Shown here piece after piece: positions 51,167 to 64,000 of a stretch of 64,000 bases of DNA. The position numbers and the translations under genes were made by a program. The notes under the pieces were generated by a model. That model saw nothing but the letters and a program-made list of their open reading frames with translations. It had not been told where the DNA came from and searched no databases. Position 1 is the stretch's first letter, and the number at the start of each line of letters is the position of its first letter. Source of the DNA: Octopus sinensis (lineage: Eukaryota); contig NC_043010.1 of assembly GCF_006345805.1 (NCBI RefSeq), forward strand, positions 9,052,001 to 9,116,000. The letters run 5' to 3'.

Positions 51167-51722
51167 AAAAAGTTATAATTTCCCCTATAATGGTAATAAA
51201 TATTTCAATTGGTTGCATAAAATTGAAGAAATCAAGTCACTCTTCACACACTTTCTTTTGTTGTCACATTTTTAACAACTGATTACAGCACAGCAATTTT
51301 TCCATTAGAAGAGGTAAATGACATTCTTACTTCTATCATTAACATTATTTCAAATGTGTTTGCTAATTAATCCAATCACATTCTTAGTGCAGTTGACTAA
51401 TCGGCTTTCTAGATTAGAGGCCAAATACTCAGGTTGTTCATGTAAGAAATCTAATAAGATTTTCAAATTCATAGATAAATCAAAAAAAAAAAAAACGAAA
51501 GAAAAAAAGAAAAAGTGTAATAGAAAAAGGCATACGATGAACTCTTAGACAATTATCTAAATTTGAGTCAATGTAACTTCATAATAAGAATAGGGATGCA
51601 AAAATGATAGAAACACAAACTGCACATGACAGTAAACTTACTTTTAGCATGATAACACTTGAAATTTAATATGCACACACACACACAGAAAGACATACAC
51701 ATGTATGCATATACATACATGT

Positions 51723-51753
<31 letters not shown>

Positions 51754-52070
51754 CATACATACATACATACATACATACATACATACATACATACATACAT
51801 ACAAACATACATACATACATACATATTATATATACATACATACATATATATATATATACATATATGTAAACCACGTGTGAATTATTGGTTATTTTCTTCC
51901 TCCGTCTTCCCTTTTTTTGGACTTTCCTCTATTTGTGAAGAAGAGCTTTGCCCCAAATGTTAAATCCTCTTTCTTTCCTATCCTGAGTGTCTGATAATAT
52001 ATTACTTGTACCACGTCCTCAAGTTGTTTTTTCATGTTTGTTCTTCTTTAATTGGATTCACTATACATAT

Positions 52071-52120
<50 letters not shown>

Positions 52121-52171
52121 CTTACTTGGAAATGGATGCGTGGCATTCAATCAATAATAAGACAAATAATA

Positions 52172-52267
<96 letters not shown>

Positions 52268-52439
52268 GCATATATACATATATGTACATACATACTTAAA
52301 TATATATATGTATATATATATATATATAAGAAACGAAAAAGAATACTTGGTAGCTTACTAGTAAAGCACAGTCATTTTCACAGGTTTTTTTTTATGTATA
52401 TAGTAAATGAAAGATGGAAGATATGGGAATTTTTATTAA

Positions 52440-52533
52440 TCATGATAATTGTTTCGACATATCTACCATCGATCCTTCATGGTTGGGATACTTAACAAAT
52501 GGTTCAGGAGCAGACGTGTCTCTTCAGGTGATG
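52440..52533 (-). ncRNA. Hammerhead-like motif with extended stem II (probably decayed)
   Basis: Minus strand CTGAAGA-gacacgtctgc...gtagatatgtc-GAAAC; related copy at 55886-55990 (+). Confidence 0.5.
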
Positions 52534-53154
52534 AATAGTTATAACTTGTTAAAATAACAGTTCCGTATTTTATCTTCTCATTTCATGTAAAGGAAAGCAG
52601 CAAAACAAAAATTTATCAGTATACTAGCCATCTCAATATGGCTAACCACTAAGGGTGGGTGTTACTGTAGCTTGTAGCCCCAGGAGAACATCGTCTCCAG
52701 CTGGCTTTAGGCACACTTTCTGTGCCCTTATGGTATTTGCAAAGGGAGGTCATCCCTCCCTCGTCAACCTAAGTGATACGCACGGACTGCAGTTTCTAAG
52801 TATTGACCTGTCGTTGGCATATGACAATCACCGGTTTTCCACAAATAACAGATGCATTAAAGAAAGAAAGATGCAATACAGGTTTAAGAAATAAAACCTG
52901 GAGTCAATCTTTTCGACTAAAACTCTTCCAGACAGTGCTCCAGCATGGGTATAATAAAATGATTCAAACCTCTAAAACAATAAAAGGATAAAAGAATACC
53001 AGTATGCATGCATGTACGTATACCCATTTACTGATCTTTATATATTATGTCTATATTACACACACAAACATACACGCATGTATACCCATTCATACATATG
53101 TGCATGGATGTGTGTGTGTGTGTGTGTGTGCGTGCGTGTGTGTGTGTGCGTACG

Positions 53155-53185
<31 letters not shown>

Positions 53186-54317
53186 TTGTGTGTGTATACA
53201 ACTTCATTTTTCAATGTATCATTTTCTGATTAGAAAGGGTTAGGGTATGTTTTAGTTGTTATCACTGGCAGGATGACTGACCACTTATTAAGCATTTTTC
53301 CTTTACAATGCAAAAAATATGTTGTACAAACTGTGAATATACAAGCATGAATATTTACCAATAACAAATTTATGAAATATTTATTCAATTTATTTATAAA
53401 AAATAAATTCCATATCACAGTGAGATATGAAAAAAAAAAAAATATAAGTAAAATTACATAAAAGTTCATATAAAGAAGATCAAAACAAATATTAAAAAAT
53501 GGAAGAAATTTAATTTGTTTGCTTTGCTTTTCAATGAGGTTTCTATATATGAATGTTGTCTGTTCCAGGCCACTGTTTGTTAACCAAATTCTTCCTTGCA
53601 TGAGTCAGTAAAATGTATATAAAAATAGGGGTAAAATCTATTCTACCTCACACCCAATCTCTACATATTGGCATGAAATGATGTTTTATTTCTCCTTGTA
53701 TCAAAAGCAAATGCATTAATATATATATGTATATATGAGTGTATATCTATCCATCCATCCATCCAACCATCCATCCATCCATCCAACCATCCATCCATCC
53801 AGCCAGCCATCCATCCATCCATCCGGCCGGCCAGCCAGCCAGCAAGCCAGCCATCTAAATACATATATATATATATTGTTGGCAGCTTTATCTCGTATCT
53901 GAGTATCTATTTTCTTCTTTGTTGAACCCTTCTTTTATGGTGATGACATTGATGACTCTGTAAGTCAATTCTTGCATAGAAAAGCCAATGGTATTGACTG
54001 CTGCCAGTTGGTATGATCCCAGGCTTGTGTTTCAAATGATTTAAGCTCAGTTCCAGTGACTTTTGGTGTTGCTTTGATTTGGTCTTTATATATATGTATA
54101 TAGAAATATATAAAAATATATATAAATATATATTATATATATATGTATATATATTTTTTTTCTAGTTCCAGCTCAGAGCTGCAGCCATGCTGATGCACCA
54201 CCGTTGTATAATTATATATATATATTATATATATATATATATATGTATAGTATATATGTACATATATATATGTATATATATATGTGTGTGTGTATATATA
54301 TAATGTGTGTGTGTGTA

Positions 54318-54360
<43 letters not shown>

Positions 54361-54413
54361 CGTTTAAATATTTGTTGTGCAAGATTTTTTATGTGAAGTC
54401 GTGTGTTGAAACA

Positions 54414-54608
54414 GATATTGTTATATTTCGGAATGGTCATATTGCCAGTTTAGCCAATAAAAACACACGCACTATATATTTATATATAAATAAGATTAAG
54501 ATTAATGTAAAAAATAAATATCACTGAAGCAAAATAACACCAAATATATAGTGCGTGTGTTTTTATTGGCTAAACTGGCAATATGACCATTCCGAAATAT
54601 AACAATAT
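54414..54608. repeat. ~67-bp perfect inverted repeat with ~60-nt spacer
   Basis: atattgttatatttcggaatggtcatattgccagtttagccaataaaaacacacgcactatatattt mirrored exactly. Confidence 0.93.
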
Positions 54609-54631
54609 ATGTATATATATATATGCATATA

Positions 54632-54671
<40 letters not shown>

Positions 54672-54677
<6 letters not shown>

Positions 54678-54865
54678 ATGCAAATATGAACAAAGAGAAA
54701 ACACAACAACGCAAAGATGTGGAACAAGTATAGTTTTATTGGATGCTCAGGAAAAGAAAGAAGGAGGATTTAACACTTTGAGCGGAACTCTTCGTCAAAA
54801 ACATAGAAACATAGAAAAATAAAAGGTCCAAGGAAGGGAAGATGGAGAAAGAAAATCGCCAATGA
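54672..54865 (-). mobile_element. (TA)n-anchored hammerhead-family element (decayed core)
   Basis: tttaacactttgagcggaactcttcgtcaaaaacat is the reverse complement of the 18207 motif with substitutions. Confidence 0.7.
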
Positions 54866-54883
54866 TTATATATATAGATAATG

Positions 54884-55212
54884 GTCCCATTTGGCCATGA
54901 AGGACCATGGGATTGCACCTCAAAAGTTACTCTCTGAGGCACAAGTTCAGGTAAGCTTATTTATGGAAGACCAGCAGTTGCACATGCATACCAGCTGCCC
55001 CTCACCGTGCCACTGATGTTATATAAGGGAGATGCAAAGATGGATACAACTCAGCACCTGTGATGTCACAACTCGTTTCTACAGTTGGGTAAACTGGAAC
55101 ATTGTGAAATAAAATGTCTTGTTCAAGAGCACAACTCAAAGCCCAGTCCGGGAATCGAACTCACTATCCTGTGATTGTGAACCCGACGCTCTAACCACTG
55201 AGCTGTGCACAT
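54884..55212 (-). mobile_element. SINE family D copy
   Basis: Homologous to 47787-48125. Confidence 0.8.
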
Positions 55213-55259
55213 TCACACACACACACACACATACACACGCAGTCACACACACACATGCG

Positions 55260-55327
<68 letters not shown>

Positions 55328-55754
55328 ATGTTTGAAGCTTCGGTGAAGCTATGAGTTGATACTCAAGCACTCAACTATGAATGCATTGCACCTTATGGCC
55401 GAAACAGCTGTAAGCTAACGAAGCTCATAACACAGTTGTTTCTTCCTGTCATCCCAACTTCTAATATATATACCACATGTATACATACATACATATATAT
55501 GTATATATATTTATATATATATATATATAATATATATATATATATAGCCAAAATCTTCTACTTTAAAGTAGAAGGAATAGCCAAGATTTTGACTGCTATT
55601 TCTAAATTCGGTGTGTGGTGAGGCAAATCGTTGCTGAACCCTAATTATTTAGTAGTACTTAAACTTACCATGAATTGGTCTTTTACATGCCGAATTCTAC
55701 TTGGTGAAATTACTGATTACTTCTTAATTAATTAATTTCACCCTTTGTTATAAT

Positions 55755-55790
<36 letters not shown>

Positions 55791-56325
55791 ACATGAATTT
55801 CCTCCGTCTGGCTTTTTTTCTCTCTGCAAAATGAAGAGTTGCATTATGGATCTGTCATTTTAACGAGATTTTTTTTTATTTATTTATCACCGAACGAGAT
55901 ACATCTGCACCTCCGGATGCTCCTGTACTAGTTTTTTGTGTGTTCCACAAGAGGAGCCGATACTGGATGTGTCGAAACAATTGTTGTAATTAATAATATA
56001 TTCTTGTATATTCCATCTTCTGTCTTTTATTTGTTATACACACACACACACACATACATATACGTTTATGTGTGGGTGGGTGTATATAGTATATACTGGC
56101 ATTTAAGTTGTTCTCTTTTATTGTTAAAATTAACAAAAAGTTGGCATACATCAAATATAACCATATATGGATATATGGATACCAAGCTTGTGAGTATATG
56201 ATGAAATGTATTAAATTTTATTATTTCTGCAAAATATCTTTGTATTGATGCATCTTATGTGAGAGTGCATCGCATTTGCCAGCAAATACAGTATACACAT
56301 ATATGTATATATATATATATATATA

Positions 56326-56527
56326 TAGTTAATCTAAACAAAAAAGCACAAAAAACACAACAACGCGAGGACGTGGAACAAATATGGTATTATTATACGC
56401 TCAGGAAAGAAGGAAAGAAGGAGGGTTTAACGTTTTGAGTGGAGCTCTTCGCCGGAAACATAGGAGAAGGAAAGATCCAGAGAAGGGAAGACAGAGGAAA
56501 AATAATCGCCAACGGTACACACGCAGT

Positions 56528-56532
<5 letters not shown>
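56326..56532 (-). mobile_element. (TA)n-anchored hammerhead-family element
   Basis: Reverse-complement homolog of 18138-18340. Confidence 0.78.
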
Positions 56533-56568
<36 letters not shown>

Positions 56569-57124
56569 GTGCATGTGTGTGTATATATATATATATGTAT
56601 ATACATGTATGTGAGTGTGTATGTACATGTGTTATCCCTTTGTCTTGCTTCAGTCAATCTAGGATTATAATTTTAGCCAAAAATTATGAGAAATATAATT
56701 TTGTATATAAAATATGAAAATTAGCAAGCTGCTGCATGAAATGCGTTCATGGACATTAACAAACCATTTATCTATGCTCCCCCCATCCACTCTTATGTAT
56801 ACTTAATCTACTTATTGTTTGTTCAAATTTCAAATCGCTTAGCGAATGGGCTTCCAGTCACTTACATGTGAGTGTGTAGTCTACTTGTTTTTATCGGTCA
56901 AATTTCAGCTTGTTATTTGAGTCTAACTTTCTTCAGAAAAATATACATTATTTAGTTTGTTCTTGTAGAAAGCTGATTGTATAAGAATAACCCACAGTAC
57001 ATACACAACATTTCCTAAATTTGTTTAAGATTATAATTGCGCTAGCAAATATTCTTTTGAGAGTGTAAGTCAAACCAGTAACAAAGAAGGGAATCTAAAT
57101 TTTAAGATAAAGATGGTTTTATAT

Positions 57125-57527
57125 CTCTTTTACTCTTTTACTTGTTTCAGTCATTTGACTGTGGCCATGCTGGAGCACCGCCTTTAGTCGAGCAAATCGA
57201 CCCCGGGACTTATTCTTTGTAAGCCCAGTACTTATTCTATCGGTCTCTTTTACCGAACTGCTAAGTGACGGGGACGTAAACACACCAGCATCGGTTGTCA
57301 AGAAATGCTAGGGGGACAAACACAGACACACAAACGCACACACATACATATATATATACATATATACGACAGGCTTCTTACATTTTCTGTCTACCAAATC
57401 CACTCACAAGGCATTGGTCGGCCCGAGGCTATAGCAGAAGACACTTGCCCAAGATGCCACGCAGTGGGACTGAACCCGGAACCATGTGGTTGGTTAGCAA
57501 GCTACTTACCACACAGCCACTCCTGCG
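57125..57527 (-). mobile_element. SINE family A copy
   Basis: Full-length reverse copy. Confidence 0.92.
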
Positions 57528-57628
57528 TATATGCATATATGGGTACAAGGCATCACCAACACTTCAAATAACAGGAACTATATATATAAATATATATATA
57601 TATGCATGTATATATATAAATACATGTA

Positions 57629-58381
57629 CAGGGTGCGATAGGTAAATTGTGACTATTTTATATTTTTAATTTCACACATGCATATTGTTTGTTTTTTATT
57701 TTGTTGACTATACAGTATAGTAGGGTCAGTTGGGCACTGTCTGAGAAAAACAGCACCATAATGCAATTCACTCAGCCAGAAATTTGGAAATGACATGCTG
57801 TACTGCTTGGCATTGGTGCTGGAAGCTCCAATGCGAACATTTCAGAGTACTTGAGTGTCAATTTGAGGGCAATGCAATGTGAGGACATGTACCAAGAAAA
57901 TACAAATCACCCATCCAGCCAACACCATAGTGTTTGGAGTGATCACTAGTGACGGTGACATTATGCCTCCATTCATCTTCCCACACAGCTTCAGACTCAA
58001 TACAGAGGCCAACATCAAGTGCCTGGAGGAGGTAGCGCTGCTCTGGGTCAAGAGGGTGGTTGCTGGAACACCCTATAACTGGGAACAGTACTCTGCACTA
58101 TGTCACTCAAGCAGAAGTACCCAGTCATGGCTGTCAGACTATTTCTGAGACCACATCACCCCTAACATCTGGCCACCTAACTCCCCAGACTGCAACCCTC
58201 TTGATTATTATGTGTGGGGTGCAGTTGAGCAAGAGACCAACAAAACTCCTTGTAATACCAAAGATGAACTGAAGGCAAGGATTACGGCAGCATTCCCTAA
58301 CTTAAACAAGGAGATCATCCAGAAGAATTGCAGGATATTCTGAAGTCGTCTGGAGGTGTTGGTTGAAGCTAATGGCAGTTT
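57629..58381 (+). pseudogene. maT (DD37D-like) Tc1/mariner transposase relic
   Basis: TA|cagggtg TIR start; VFGVITSDG...WPPNSPDCNPLDYYVWGAVE...SRLEVLVEANG with in-frame stops. Confidence 0.88.
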
Positions 58382-58384
58382 TAC

Positions 58385-59209
58385 AGACTGTTGCCATAGT
58401 AATGAAGTGAAAGCATACAGTGAAACTGCTCAGCAAAACTTGACCATGATCTCTGTAGTGCATGCACAGTAAGATTTAATGTTGTAGTTCACTTCCGCTG
58501 TTTACAGCAGTACTTGGAAGGAAGTGTGTAGTGCAGTGGTTTTCAACCCGGGTTCCGCGGAACCATAGGGTTCTGCCAGTACAGTCCAGGGGTTCCACAA
58601 GAAGTTACAAAACTGCTAAAATCGGCAGTAATTTTTAAGTCTCCTGTGCAGATATGTGTGCATAAGACTATTAAATTGTTGCACAAGGGTTCCTCGAGCC
58701 AGTGGAATGTTTCCTTGGGGTTCCGCTCCAGCAAAAGGTTTGAAAAGCACTGGTGTAGTGTGTGATTGTTGCATTGACCATGACAGAGAATGTTGTCATG
58801 GCGATACCTGCTCAGAAGCCCATGCAATGTTGCAGAAATTGTATGGAGTAGTATGTATGAGCCGTTCACAAGTGTAAGAGTGTTTCAGATGTTTCGAAGG
58901 TGGCCGAAAAAATGTCAATATTGAGGAACATTCTGGGAGACCCACAACCAACAGAACTGAGAAAAACATCGCAGATGTGCCTGCATCTGTGAGGGGAAAT
59001 CGTCAAATTTCTTTGTCATGGTCAATGTGATGATCACATGCTACACACCTTCCTTCCAAGCACTGCTGTAAACAGTGGCAATGAGCAAGAATGTTAGAAC
59101 TTACTGCACATGCACGGCAGAGTTCAAGGTCAATCTGTGCCCAGTGGCTTCACTTTGCATGCTTTAACTTCATTACTATAGCAACAATACGGATACTTAT
59201 TGATCAGAC

Positions 59210-59210
<1 letters not shown>
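58385..59210 (+). mobile_element. Mariner-derived element with long inverted arms and N-terminal transposase remnant
   Basis: Arms gccatagtaatgaag...acagcagtacttggaaggaag vs cttccttccaagcactgctgt...cttcattactatagc; internal MSRSQV*ECFRCFEGGRKNVNIEEHSGRP resembles the mariner HTH. Confidence 0.75.
58534..58752. mobile_element. hAT-type MITE
   Basis: TIR cagtggttttcaa / ttgaaaagcactg; 8-bp TSD gtgtagtg at 58526-58533 and 58753-58760. Confidence 0.9.
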
Positions 59211-59241
<31 letters not shown>

Positions 59242-59578
59242 CAAATATTATCAACTGCACATAGTGTATATGTTTTGCTCGGTCAATGGTTTGGAGTAGT
59301 ACAGTGCTCTAGGGATGACTTCCTCTTAGAACTGGGTGTTAAAAAAATTTGGAAGTCATAGACAGATAAGACAATTCACCTCAAATCTAAGAGTATTGGA
59401 TACAGATATTTTGCCATTTTTGTGGCTTATCAACATCACATGAATCAGACTGGAGATGAACTATGTTATTAGTTTTCCACTTGAAAAGAAACGAAAGAAA
59501 AAGGAAAATGATCTTTGACATTTGGGACGTTGAGTCCTTCATCAGAAAAAGATAAGAGAAAACAAGATAAGTTAGTGG

Positions 59579-59607
<29 letters not shown>

Positions 59608-59612
<5 letters not shown>

Positions 59613-59765
59613 AGAGTTTACAAAAAAGACAAAAGACGAAGACAGGTGGTGTACAAAACAAACAGATGTATTAGTATACTCCCAGGAATAGAAAAGGTCT
59701 TTTACGTTTCGAGCCTACGCTCTTCTACAGAAAGGAACACAGAAAAAAACAAGGAGAGAAAAAAT
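59608..59765 (-). mobile_element. (TA)n-anchored element with CUGUAGA hammerhead variant
   Basis: Minus strand cttt-CTGTAGA-a-gagc(gtag)gctc-GAAAC-GTA-aaag; homolog at 63716-64000. Confidence 0.7.
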
Positions 59766-60509
59766 GTATATATATATATTATATATATATATATATAATA
59801 TATATATATATTATATATATATAATATATATGTATATACATATACATATATATATACATATGTATAAAATAGAGTGATTGTCATACATGAGAGAGCATCA
59901 GAAAGTGAGGAATAGTGCTTGAGGAAAGATGATATTCAAATGAAAAATGCGTTCTTTTATGGGCCTGGGCTGATTAATGTATTGGAAATGAAAGTGGTAA
60001 ATGGAAACTGTGTGGAAGCCTGTCATGTGTGTATTTTTTCTGTCTGTATTTGACCCCCTACCCCCACTGGTTATCAGTTCAGGTAAAGGCTGAAATTATA
60101 ATTACCAGATTTTAAAAATCCATAAGTACAGAGGTCAATTTGTTCAACTAAAACTCTTCAAGGTGTTGGTCCAGTATGGAAACTGACCAATGACCGAAGC
60201 AAGCAAAAGATATAACATAAAAAAGAATATCTGGATTTTGAAGATTTTTTTACTTTCATTTTAGATTAATCTTGGATGTAGTTTCGTGTTTTTGTTACAG
60301 ACATTAACACATACAAGCACGCATTGTAATAAAATTCTTTTCTACTCTAGGCACAGGGCCTGAAATTTTGGGGGAGCGGGGCCAGTTGATTAGATCGACT
60401 CCAATACACAACTGGTACTTAATTTATCGACCTCAAATGGATGGAAGGCAAAGTCAACTTCAGCGGAATTTTAACTCAGAACATAAAAATCAAAATCGTA
60501 ATCTGTCAA

Positions 60510-61246
60510 CATCAATGGAATTTGTAGCTGTGATACCAGTGCCGGTGACACGTAAGAGAACCATCCAAACGTGGCCGTTGCCAGCGCTGCCCAACTGGCA
60601 TCCATGCCGGCGGCATGTAAAAAGCACCATCCGACCGTGGCCATTGCCAGCTTCGTCTGGTCCCCATGCTGGTGGCACGTAAAAAGCACCATCCGATCAT
60701 GGCCGTTTGCCAGCCTCGTCTGGCACCTGTGCAGGTGGCACATAAAAAGCACCATCCAATCATGGCCGTTTGCCAGCCTCGTCTGGCACCTGTGCAGGTG
60801 GCATGTAAAAAGCACCATCCGTTCATGTCCGTTTGCCAGCCTCGTCTGGCACCTGTGCTGGTGGCATGTAAAAAGCACCATCCGATCATGGCCGTTTGCC
60901 AGCCTCGTCTGGCACCTGTGCAGGTGGCATGTAAAAAGCACCATCCGATCATGGCCGTTTGCCAGCCTCGTCTGGCACCTGTGCTGGTGGCATGTAAAAA
61001 GCACCATCCGATCATGGCCGTTTGCCAGCCTCGTCTGGCACCTGTGCAGGTGGCATGTAAAAAGCACCCACTACACTCACAGAGTGGTTGGTGTTAGGAA
61101 GGGCATCCAGCTGTAGAAACACTGCCAGATCCGACTGGGCCTGGTGTAGCCTTCTGGCTTCCCAGACCCCAGTTGAACCGTCCAACCCATGCCAGCATGG
61201 AAAGCGGATGTTAAACAATGATGATGACGATGATGATGATGATGAT
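60510..61246 (+). mobile_element. RTE LINE 3' UTR (family C) with expanded 63-bp tandem array
   Basis: Units start at 60671, 60734, 60797, 60860, 60923, 60986 and 61049, with diverged units upstream; then standard tail and (GAT)n. Confidence 0.9.
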
Positions 61247-61647
61247 AAAGACAGACGAAATACCCCTAAGCATTTTACCTGGTGTGCTAACGTTTCTGCC
61301 AGTTTGCCACCTTGTAATAAAATTGTGTCTGCATGTGTTTAAGTTTTTAAACAGGACAATGTACTCACAACAGAAGAAGAATACAAATGTGTTTGGTAGA
61401 ACGGAGAGTATTCAGTCCTTACACAGAGGTTATTTACCACTGCTCATGTAACCAAATTACAACAGACAGAACATATATAGCTTTCAGTATATAATTGACG
61501 GCCGCTCAGTTACTGGATAAAGAAAAAGAAAATAGTGATTCAAACATATTTTAAAATAATGAGACAGCAGTGTGAGGGGATGTGTGTATATGTATCTATA
61601 TATGGATGTGTGAATCAAAAGATGGACGATTTATGTATATGTATGTC

Positions 61648-62160
<513 letters not shown>

Positions 62161-63524
62161 GTTTTTCTTTGATGTAGAATGAACTAAAACAAGCAAAACA
62201 TGAGAGGAGCAAGTTTTCCCAAAGGTGGTATTAGTTTCCTGCATGAAAAGAAAAACAAAAAGAGAAATAAAAAAGGTTTTTGACACTGGGGACGTTGAGT
62301 CCTTCATCAGAAAAAATACAAAAGAAAATTAGAAAAGGTAAGAAGAAAGGAGGGAAGAGAATAAAGAATTAGGGGGGCCAGGTGGGCATGTAATTTAATG
62401 AGAAGAAGTTAAAAGAGAAGAAGAGGGGGGGTCTGCATATAAGAGGGAGTAACTTGTAAGGAGATGAGCATAGGGAAAGGGTTGCAAGTGGTATGAGGTT
62501 CAGGTGGTTGGTTGTGGGTAAGTGGGGCTGAATGGAATGTGAATGTGGGGAAGCTGAGAGTAAGGTATGAAGAAGGGAAAATAATGAAGGAAATGGAAGA
62601 GAACTATCTGTCTGTCTGTCTGTCTGTCTCTCTTTCTGTGTGTGTATATGTGTGTGTGAGTGTGTGTATCATACGATCACATGATCGACCAAGCTATCAA
62701 ATGTTGTTATACATCACTGGTCACAATGCGCTTTGCCTTCAAATTTTAGCCTTCAAATGATGCCACTTCACAGGCTGGGTGAGCAGGCCAACATTCACCC
62801 CAATCGGAAGGCTATTCTGTCACAGGGTTACCCATTTATTGATGAGTGGACTGGAGAAAGTCAAGGAGCAAGCTAACTAAAAAAAATTTTGATTTAGAAA
62901 AAAATTGTAAAGACGAGAGAGAAAGGCAGACAGACAGATAGAGGGAGAGAGAGAGAGAGAGGGGAGGAGAGAGAGGCATTAATGTTTTAGTCGTATTAGA
63001 CCTCCACGGCAAAGCATAAATCTTATTCATATTTTACTAGACATCGGAATAACTGATAAGATAATGATTTTGAGTGAATATTAGTTAGAAATGTGAGTAG
63101 CTTCCAGGAGTTCTAGCTAACTTTATCTATTTAAATGTTATATGATGATAAGACAGGTATGACAAATAATACATATGTGAGAATGTTAGCGAAGGAGAAT
63201 CGGGGGGGGGGAAGTTAATATATATGTAGTGAGTTATATGTTGCCATGTGACAGAATATTAAGCTGTCAACACACGTGGTGTTATTTACAAATACAAATG
63301 GAGTGAGGAGAGAGGAAGTGGAGGTTCAGCAGAAAAATGGAGAAGGGAAAGGAGAGAGTGAGAGAAGGGAAAGGAGAGAAAGATGCATTTGAAGAAAGAG
63401 AGGAATATTGATATAGTGAATTTCTGAAAACAAAAAAAGAAGAGCAGAGGCAATTGTAATATTCTCTCTCTCTCTCTCTTAGTAGATGTGTGTGTGTATA
63501 TGTGTGTATATATACATATGTATG

Positions 63525-63586
<62 letters not shown>

Positions 63587-63597
63587 GTATATATATA

Positions 63598-63682
<85 letters not shown>

Positions 63683-63715
63683 CGCATATCTATATCTATG
63701 TATATATATATATAA

Positions 63716-64000
63716 CGGGAAGCTTTATGAAAATAAACAAAAGACGAAGGCAGTGGAAAACAAACGAACAATTGTATTAGTATGGCGCTCAGGAAATATA
63801 AATAAAACAAGTCTTTAACGTTTCGAGCCTACGCTCTTCAACAGAAAGATACAGAGAGAGAGAAAAAACACAGAAAGAAGGAGAGAAAAAAAATGCGTGC
63901 AGTAGCTAACGAATCAACATGGCGATCTGATTTCGGCCAGAGGTCAAAGATCAAACATGAGACGCGAGAGCGAAATAAGGGGAGATAATAGGTTTTGATA
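63716..64000 (-). mobile_element. (TA)n-anchored PLE-like element with CUGUUGA hammerhead variant, running off the window
   Basis: Minus strand tcttt-CTGTTGA-a-gagc(gtag)gctc-GAAAC-GTT-aaaga. Confidence 0.7.

Noticed and set aside
60700-60745. gccagcctcgtctggc resembles the P3/L3 region of HDV-like ribozymes
   Set aside because: Could not build P1.1 (no GG immediately after the putative P1) or a convincing P2/J4-2; the resemblance is only local
60540-61070. 63-bp array as a CRISPR array or repeat-protein gene
   Set aside because: Units are contiguous with no unique spacers, there are no cas genes, and the context is eukaryotic; the array lies within a LINE 3' UTR and the ORFs arise because 63 is divisible by 3

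Overview
AT-rich, repeat-saturated eukaryotic DNA with no intact protein-coding gene. Almost all ORFs in the track are microsatellite or SINE read-throughs. The repeat complement points to a coleoid cephalopod, most likely Octopus, intron or intergenic region (inference): several mosaic tRNA-derived SINE families, RTE and CR1 LINE 3' ends, and very abundant (TA)n, (TG)n, (TATC)n and (AAT)n tracts. Recognisable content: more than 25 SINE copies of at least 4 families, 5'-truncated RTE, CR1 and possibly Dong/R4-like LINEs, a decayed Penelope-like (PLE) RT, and maT/mariner relics. There are also piggyBac-, hAT- and Merlin-type MITEs with visible TSDs, non-autonomous Helitrons and a Helentron-type HINE. 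The most notable signal is a dispersed set of ~200-bp non-coding elements anchored in (TA)n, each carrying a minimal hammerhead-ribozyme motif. They form about 4 sub-families, one with a shared non-canonical CUGUNGA core and one with an extended stem II, and may be non-autonomous PLE/retrozyme-like elements. Other notable items: a 63-bp tandem array in an RTE 3' UTR, a twin-priming-type inversion in an RTE-clade insertion, several long inverted repeats and inverted SINE pairs (possible dsRNA/ADAR substrates), and one candidate host exon at ~7476. All calls were made by eye; boundaries are approximate.
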